Part shown: positions 56,121 through 64,000 of the stretch, in pieces
Position numbering within the stretch: position 1 is the stretch's first letter
How the letters are laid out: each line of letters starts with the position of its first letter
Assembly: GCA_964016885.1 (NCBI GenBank)
Contig: OZ024745.1
Span: 97,836,001 to 97,900,000, forward strand
DNA: 64,000 nucleotides
From: Eledone cirrhosa
Taxonomy: Eukaryota
Direction: 5' to 3'
Translations under genes and position numbers: made by a program
Notes under the pieces: generated by a model
Databases searched by the model: none
What the model saw: only the letters and a program-made list of their open reading frames with translations
Told to the model about the DNA's origin: nothing

Positions 56121-56639
56121 ACTATGAATTAAATAGCCTTAACAACTCGCTAAGCGTGGTGAGTACGGCTACACACCTGACATGACCAAGGCCAAGGATT
56201 GGCTATGTATATGTATATATGTATATATGTATATATGTATATATGTATATATATATATTCCGATAATTTGATCAGAGACACACACTGTATTTAAGGTCGA
56301 GTGACGCAACTTCGAGTGATTAGCGGCCTTTAGACTCACCTGATCAATGGACCTCCGTTGGTTTCGACGATAAGTGTTTCAGTTGTTTTAAAAACGGAAC
56401 GACAGCGCGCTTCAGGCTGTTCGTTCCACAGACACGTGTATCCTTAATGCAATTAATTCTAAGGATATTCAGTATGACAGAATACGTGCCAAAGCTGGCT
56501 CTTAGATTTATAGGTACCAGATAATTTCCTCAGCCGAGTGGACTAGAGCAATGCAAATTAAAGTTTCTTGTTTAAGGACACAATGCACCGTCGTGAATTG
56601 AACTCACATCCTTACACTCATGATCCAAACACCTTAACC

Positions 56640-56873
56640 GAGGCATATCAAACTGAGGGTCCCCCGAGGGTCACATGGGTCACATATGTGTTGTCTGAGG
56701 GCCACACACGACAACTAATTACGCACATTACAACTAATTTTTTAAAATTTATTTTATATTATGAAGATAAAACATGCTCACGCTGTAAAAACCTTTTTTT
56801 GCGGGTTGAAAGCGTGCTTGTAAAAGGCCGCACGCGGCCCTTAGGCCTTCGGGCCGCATATTTGACATGCCTG
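56640..56873. mobile_element. hAT-type MITE, inverted relative of 51633-51839
   Basis: TIR ..GGCATATCAAAC / TTTGACATGCCTG; TSD CCTTAACC/CCCTAACC. Confidence 0.88.
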
Positions 56874-57116
56874 CCCTAACCAATAAGCCGGGCACACATT
56901 CACATACCTATGAATACTCATATACATTTAGTTGTTGAAGTATTTGTAGTTATAAATGAATTTTGAAATTCTGCTTGATGTTTATAAGGTTAAAACAGAC
57001 TACATTTGTGTCTTAGGTCATAGTGTTCTCTAGCGTAACTCCTTGAAGGTGTATCAATTATATATTTCATTGCATGTATATATCATGTCATGCACACACA
57101 CACACACACACACACA

Positions 57117-57180
<64 letters not shown>

Positions 57181-57588
57181 TACATATATGTACATATTTG
57201 GGGAGAGGTGTATGTATGTATGTATGTATGTATGTATGTATGTATGTATGTATCAATGTGGAGGGTGTTTATTTGCAAAATGGGAAAGAGAGAGAAAAGT
57301 GAGAGAGAGAGAGAACGAAAGAAAGATTGATAGATAGATAAATGGAGAAAGAGAGAGAGAGGGAGAGAGAGGAGGGGGGAGATGAGGAAGAAAAGAGATA
57401 GAGATAGAGAGAAAGATGAGGGAGGGAGGGAGGGAAGGAGGGAGAGAGAGAGAGAGAGATGAGAGAGGAAGAGAAAAAAATAGATAGAGGATGGAGGGAG
57501 AGAGATGAAGGAGAGAGAGAGAGAGAGAGAGAGATCGCAGAGGGAGGGAGATGGATGAGGGAGGAAGAGAGGGAAGAAAGGGATAGAG

Positions 57589-57644
<56 letters not shown>

Positions 57645-57779
57645 TTTTAATTGTGTCTCCGCATTTTTTGCAGTTTACTGCTATCTCAAAGACTCAACTA
57701 GGCTGAATTCCCTTTCCACCGCCCAGGAAGGGAACAGCGAATAACAACAACCATTGCAATAAGAGAAACATGGTTATAA

Positions 57780-59340
57780 TTGCTGTTGGTGGTGGAGGTG
57801 GTAGTGATGGCAGTGTTGTTGTTGGTGGAGGTGGTGTGGTGGCGGTGTTGGTGGTGGAGGTAGTAGTGTTGGCAGTGTTGTTGTTGGTGGAGGTGGTGTG
57901 GTGGCGTGTTGTTGTTGATGGAGGTGGTAGTGTTGGCAGTGTTGTTGTTGGTGGAGGTGGTAGTGATGGCAGTGTTGTTGTTGGTGGAGGTGGTGTGGTG
58001 GCGGTGTTGGTGGTGGAGGTAGTAGTGTTGGCAGTGTTGTTGTTGGTGGAGGTGGTGTGGTGGCGGTGTTGTTGGTGGTGGAGGTGGTGTGGTGGCAGCT
58101 TTGTTGGTGGTGGAGGTGGTAGTGTTGGCAGTGTTGTTGTTGGTGGTGGTGGTGTGGTGGCTGCTTTGTTGGTGGTGGAGGTGGTAGTGTTGGCAGTGTT
58201 GTTGTTGGTGGAGGTGGTGTGGTGGCAGTGTTGGAGGTGGTGTGGTGGCGACGTTGTTGATGGTGGAGGTGGCGTGGTGACGGTGTTGTTGGAGGTGGTA
58301 TGGTGGCGACGTTGTTGGTGGTGGAGGTGGTAGTGTTGTTGGTGGTGGGGATGTGGTGGCGGCATTGTTGTTGGTGGAGGTGGTGTGGTGGCAGTGTTGT
58401 TGATGGTGGAGGTGGTAGTGTTGGCAGTGTTGTTGTTGGTGGTGTGGTGGCGACGTTGTTGTTGTTGGTGGAGGTGGCGTGGTGACGACGTTGTTGTTGT
58501 TGGTGGTGGTGGTGTTGTTGTTGGTGGAGGTGGTGTGGTGATGGTGTTGTTGTTGGTGGAGGTGGTGTGGTGGCGGTGTTGTTGTTGGTGGAGGTGGTGT
58601 GATGACGGTGTTGTTGTTGGTGGAGGTGGTGTGGTGGCGGAGTTGTTGTTGTTGGAGGTGATGGCGGTGTTGTTGTTGTTGGTGGTGGTGGTGTTGTTGT
58701 TGGTGGAGGTGATGGCGGTGTTGTTGTTGTTGGTGGTGGTGGTGTTGTTGTTGGTGGAGGTGGTGTGGTTACGGTGTTGTTGTTGGTGGAGGTGGTGTGA
58801 TGGCGGTGTTGTTGTTGTTGGTGGTGGTGGTGTTGTTGTTGGTGGAGGTGGTGTGGTGACGGTGTTGTTGTTGGTGGAGGTGGTGTGGTGGCGGTGTTGT
58901 TGTTGGTGGAGGTGGTGTGGTGGCGGTGTTGTTGTTGTTGGTGGTGGTGGTGTTGTTGTTGGTGGAGGTGGTGTGGTGACAGTGTTGTTGTTGTTGGAGG
59001 TGATGGCGGTGTTGTTGTTGGTGATGGTGGCGGTATTGTTGTTGGTGGAGGTGGTGTGGTGGCGGTATTGTTGTTGGTGGAGGTGGTGTGGTGGCGGTGT
59101 TGTTGTTGGTGGAGGTGGTGTGGTGAGGGTGTTGTTGTTGGAGTTGGTGTGGTGGCGGTATGGTTGGTGGTGGAGATGTAGTGGCGGTGTTGTTGTTGTT
59201 GGAGGTGATGGCGGCGTTGTTGTTGGTGGAGGTGGTAGTGGTGGCAGCGTTGTTGGTGATGGGGATGTGGTGGCGGTGGCAGAGTTGTTGATGGTGGGGA
59301 TGGTGGTGGCGTGATGGCGTTGTTGTTGTTGGTGGTGGTG
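57780..59340. repeat. Degenerate (GGT/GTT)n-derived minisatellite
   Basis: Recurring GTTGTTGGTGGAGGTGGTGTGGTGGCG units. Confidence 0.92.
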
Positions 59341-59349
59341 GTGATCATT

Positions 59350-62300
59350 AGTGGTAGTGGTGGTGATGGTGGTGAAGATGATGGTGGAGGCTGTGATGGT
59401 AGTGGTGGTGGTGGTGGTGGAGATGATAGTGGAGGCTGTGATGGTAGTGGTGGTGGTGGAGATGATGGTGGAGGCTGTGATGGTAGTGGTGGTGGTGGTG
59501 GTGGTGGAGTGGATGGTGGAGGCTGCGATGGTAGTGGTGGTGGTGGTGGTGGAGAAGATGATGGTGGAGGCTGTGATGGTAGTGGTGGTGGTGGTGGAGG
59601 AGATGATGGTGGAGGCTGTGATAGTAGTGGTGGTGGTGGTGGAGTTGATGGTGGAGGCTGTGATGGTAGTGGTGGTGGTGGTGGTGGTGGTGGTGGAGTT
59701 GATGGTGGAGGCTGTGATGATAGTGGTGGTGGTGGTGGTGGTGGTGGAGTTGATGGTGGAGGCTGTGATGGTAGTGGTGGTGGTGGTGGTGGAGTTGATG
59801 GCGGAGGCTGTGATAGTAGTGGTGGTGGTGGTGGAGTTGATGGTGGGGGCTGTGATGGTAGTGGTGGTGGTGGTGGTGGAGGAGATGATGGTGGAGGCTG
59901 TGATGGTAGTGGTGGTGGTGGTGGTGGTGGAGATGATGGTGGAGGCTGTGATAGTAGTGGTGGTGGTGGTGGTGGTGGAGTTGATGGTGGAGGCTGTGAT
60001 GGTAGTGGTGGTGGTGGTGGTGGTGGTGGAGGAGATGATGGTGGAGGCTGTGATGGTAGTGGTGGTGGTGGTGGAGGAGATGATGGTGGAGGCTGTGATT
60101 GTAGTGGTGGTGGTGGTGGTGGTGGAGTTGATGGTGGAGGCTGTGATGGTAGTGGTGGTGGTGGTGGTGCTGGTGGAGTTGATGGTGGAGGCTGTGATGG
60201 TAGTGGTGGTGGTGGTGGAGGAGGTGATGGTGGAGGCTGTGATGGTAGTGGTGGTGGTGGTGGTGGTGGAGTTGATGGTGGAGGCTGTGATGGTAGTGGT
60301 GGTGGTGGTGGTGGTGGTGGTGGAGGAGATGATGGTGGAGGCTGTGATGGTAGTGGTGGTGGTGGTGGTGGTGGTGGTGGTGGAGATGATGGTGGAGGCT
60401 GTGATAGTAGTGATGGTGGTGGTGGTGGTGATGGTGGTGGTGGTGGTAGTAGTGGTGGTGGTGGTGAAGATGAAGGTGGAGGCTGTGATGGTAGTGGTGG
60501 TGGTGGTGGTGGAGATGTTGGTGGAGGCTGTGATGGTAGTGGTGGTGGTGGTGGTGGAGATGTTTGTGGAGGCTGTGATGGTAGTGGTGGTGGTGGTGGT
60601 GGTGATGATGGTTGAGGCTGTGATGGTAGTGGTGGTGGTGGTGGTGGTGGTGGTGGTGGTGGTGGAGATGTGGTGGAGGCTGTGATGGTAGTGGTGGTGG
60701 TGGTAGTGGAGATGTTGGTTGAGGCTGTGATGGTAGTGGTGGTGGTGGTGGTGGTGGTGGTGGTGGTGGTGGAGATGTTGGTGGAGGCTGTGATGGTAGT
60801 GGTGGTGGTGGTGGTGGTGGTGGTGGTGGAGATGTTGGTGGAGGCTGTGATGGTAGTGGTGGTGGTGGTGGTGGTGGTGGTGGTGGTGGTGGTGGTGGTG
60901 GTGGTGGTGGAGATGATGGTGGAGGCTGTGATGGTAGTGGTGGTGGTGGTGGTGGTGGTGGAGATGTTGGTGGAGGCTGTGATGGTAGTGGTGGTTGTGG
61001 TGGTGGTGGTGGTGGTGGTGGTGGTGGTGGAGATGTTGGTGGAGGCTGTGATGGTAGTGGTGGTGGTGGTGGTGGAGATGATGGTGGAGGCTGTGATGGT
61101 AGTGGTGGTGGTGGTGGTGGTGGTGGTGGAGATGTTGGTGGAGGCTGTGATGGTAGTGGTGGTGGTGGTGGTGGTGGTGGTGGTGGTGGTGGAGATGTTG
61201 GTGGAGGCTGTGATGGTAGTGGTGGTGGTGGTGGTGGTGGTGGTGGTGGTGGTGGAGTTGATGGTGTAGGCTGTGATAGTAGTGGTGGTGGTGGTGGTGG
61301 TGGTGGTGGTGGTGGTGGAGATGATGGTGGAAGCTGTGATGGTAGTGTTGGTGGTGGTTGTGGTGGTGGTGGTGGTGGAGATGATGGTGGAGGCTGTGAT
61401 GGTAGTGGTGGTGGTGGTGGTGGTGATGATGGTGTAGGCTTTGATGGTAGTGGTGGAGATGATGGTGGAGGCTGTGATGGTAGTGGTGGTGGTGGTGGAG
61501 GAGATGATGGTGGAGGCTGTGATAGTAGTGGTGGTGTTGGTGGTGGTGGAGATGATGGTGGAGGCTGTGATGGTAGTGGTGGTGGTGGTGGTGATGATGG
61601 TGGAGGCTGTGATGGTAGTGGTGGTGGTGGTGGAGGAGATGATGGTGGAGGCTGTGATGGTAGTGGTGGTGGTGGTGGTGGTGGAGGAGATGATTGTGGA
61701 GGCTGTGATGGTAGTGGTGGTGGTGGTGGTGGTGGTGGAGTTGATGGTGGAGGCTGCGATGGTAGTGGTGGTGGTGGTGGTGGTGGTGGAGGAGATGATG
61801 GTGGAGACTGTGATGGTAGTGGTGGTGGTGGTGGAGGAGATGATGGTGGAGGCTGTGATGGTAGTAGTGGTGGTGGTGGTGGTGGAGATGATGGTGGAGG
61901 CTGTGATGGTAGTGGTGGTGGTGGTGGAGGAGATGATGGTGGAGGCTGTGATGGTAGTGGTGGTGGTGGTGGAGATGATGGTGGAGGCTGTGATAGTAGT
62001 GGTGGTGGTGGTGGTGGAGATGATGGTGGAGGCTGTGATAGTAGTGGTGGTGGTGGTGGTGGTGCTGGTGGTGGAGGCTGTGATAGTAGTGGTGGTGGTG
62101 GTGGTGGAGATGATGGTGGAGGCTGTGATGGTAGTGATGGTGGTGGTGGAGATGATGGTGGATGCTGTGATGGTAGTGGTGGTGGTGGTGGAGATGATGG
62201 TGGAGACTGTGATGGTAGTGGTGGTGGTGGTGGTGGTGGTGGTGGAGATGTTGGTGGAGGCTGTGATGGTAGTGGTGGTGGTGGTGGTGGTGGTGGTGGT

Positions 62301-64000
62301 GGTGGAGATGTTGGTGGAGGCTGTGATGGTAGTGGTGGTGGAGGAGATGATGGTGGAGGCTGTGATGGTAGTGGTGGTGGTGGTGGTGGTGGTGGTGGAG
62401 ATGTTGGTGGAGGCTGTGATGGTAGTGGTGGTGGTGGTGGTGGTGGTGGTGGTGGTGGTGGTGGTGGTGGTGGTGGTGGTGGAGATGTTGGTGGAGGCTG
62501 TGATGGTAGTGGTGGTGGTGGTGGTGGTGGTGGTGGTGTTGGTGGAGATGTTGGTGGAGGCTGTGATGGTAGTGGTGGTGGTGGTGGTGGTGGTAGTGGT
62601 GGTGGTGGTGGTGGTGGAGTTGATGGTGGAGGCTGTGATAGTAGTGGTGGTGGTGGTGGTGGTGGTGGTGGTGGTGGTGGTGATGATGGTGGAGGCTGTG
62701 ATGGTAGTGTTGGTGGTGGTGGTGGTGGTGGTGGTGGAGATGATGGTGGAGGCTGTGATGGTAGTGGTGGTGGTGGTGGTGGTGATGATGGTGGAGGCTT
62801 TGATGGTAGTGGTGGAGATGATGGTGGAGGCTGTGATGGTAGTGGTGGTGGTGGTGGAGGAGATGATGGTGGAGGCTGTGATAGTAGTGGTGGTGTTGGT
62901 GGTGGTGGAGATGATGGTGGAGGCTGTGATGGTAGTGGTGGTGGTGGTGGTGATGATGGTGGAGGCTGTGATGGTAGTGGTGGTGGTGGTGCTGGTAGTA
63001 GTGGTGGTGGTGGAAATGATGGTGGAGGCTGTGATGGTAGTGGTGGTGGTGGTGGTGGTGGAGATGATGGTGGAGGCTGTGATGGTAGTGGTGGTGGTGG
63101 TGGTGGTGGAGGAGATGATGGTGGAGGCTGTGATGGTAGTGGTGGTGGTGGTGGTGGTGGAGGAGATGATGGTGGAGGCTGTGATGGTAGTGGTGGTGGT
63201 GGTGGTGGTGGAGATGATGGTGGAGGCTGTGATAGTAGTGGTGGTGGTGGTGGAGATGATGGTGGAGGCTGTGATAGTAGTGGTGGTGGTGGTGGTGGAG
63301 TTGATGGTGGAGGCTGTGATGGTAGTGGTGGTGGTGGTGGTGGTGGTGGAGGAGATGATGGTGGAGGCTGTGATGGTAGTGGTGGTGGTGGTGGTGGTGG
63401 AGATGATGGTGGAGGCTGTGATGGTAGGGGTGGTGGTGGTGGAGGAGATGATGGTGGAGGCTGTGATAGTAGTGGTGGTGGTGGTGGAGTTGATGGTGGA
63501 GGCTGTGATGGTAGTGGTGGTGGTGGTGGAGGAGATGATGGTGGAGGCTGTGATGGTAGTGGTGGTGGTGGTGGTGGTGGAGTTGATGGTGGAGGCTGTG
63601 ATGGTAGTGGTGGTGGTGGTGGTGGTGGTGGTGGAGATGATGGTGGAGGCTGTGATAGTAGTGATGGTGGTGGTGGTGGTGGTGGTGGTGGTGGTAGTAG
63701 TGGTGGTGGTGGAGATGATGGTGGAGGCTGTGATGGTAGTGGTGGTGGTGGTGGTGGTGGTGGAGATGATGGTGGAGGCTGTGATAGTAGTGGTGGTGGT
63801 GGTGGTGGAGTTGATGGTGGAGGCTGTGATGGTAGTGGTGGTGGTGGTGGTGGTGGTGGTGGAGGAGATGATGGTGGAGGCTGTGATGGTAGTGGTGGTG
63901 GTGGTGGTGGAGATGATGGTGGAGGCTGTGATAGTAGTGGTGGTGGTGGTGGAGATGATGGTGGAGGTTGTGATAGTAGTGGTGATGGTGGTGGTGGAGT
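59350..64000. repeat. Compound minisatellite GATGGTGGAGGCTGTGATGGTAGT(GGT)n, running off the window
   Basis: Constant ~24-bp core with a variable-length GGT tract, repeated more than 100 times. Confidence 0.96.

Noticed and set aside
57694-61269. Pro/Thr/His-rich, Gly-rich and Val-rich ORFs
   Set aside because: Several frames on both strands are open in triplet-derived satellite; no non-repetitive coding context.

Overview
Gene-poor, repeat-saturated eukaryotic DNA. The SINE and microsatellite landscape resembles a coleoid cephalopod (octopus-like); that assignment is an inference. No host protein-coding gene can be supported, and every long ORF in the track is a tandem-repeat artefact or a retroelement remnant. 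The window holds four large minisatellites (30, 39 and 29 bp units and a GGT-based compound array) and many microsatellites. Retroelements include a decayed Penelope-like element (RT + GIY-YIG), a near full-length R4/Dong-type LINE in (TACA)n, RTE, Tx1 and CRE fragments, bipartite RTE-derived elements and tRNA-SINEs. DNA transposons include hAT and Tc1/mariner MITEs. The most striking signal is non-coding: about seven predicted minimal type I hammerhead ribozymes, three forming a covarying family with a conserved C-C mismatch in stem II. A separate four-copy family of ~190-200 bp elements in (TA)n consists of a long hairpin built from the 3' half of a hammerhead plus a conserved tail. All structures were paired by eye and are untested.
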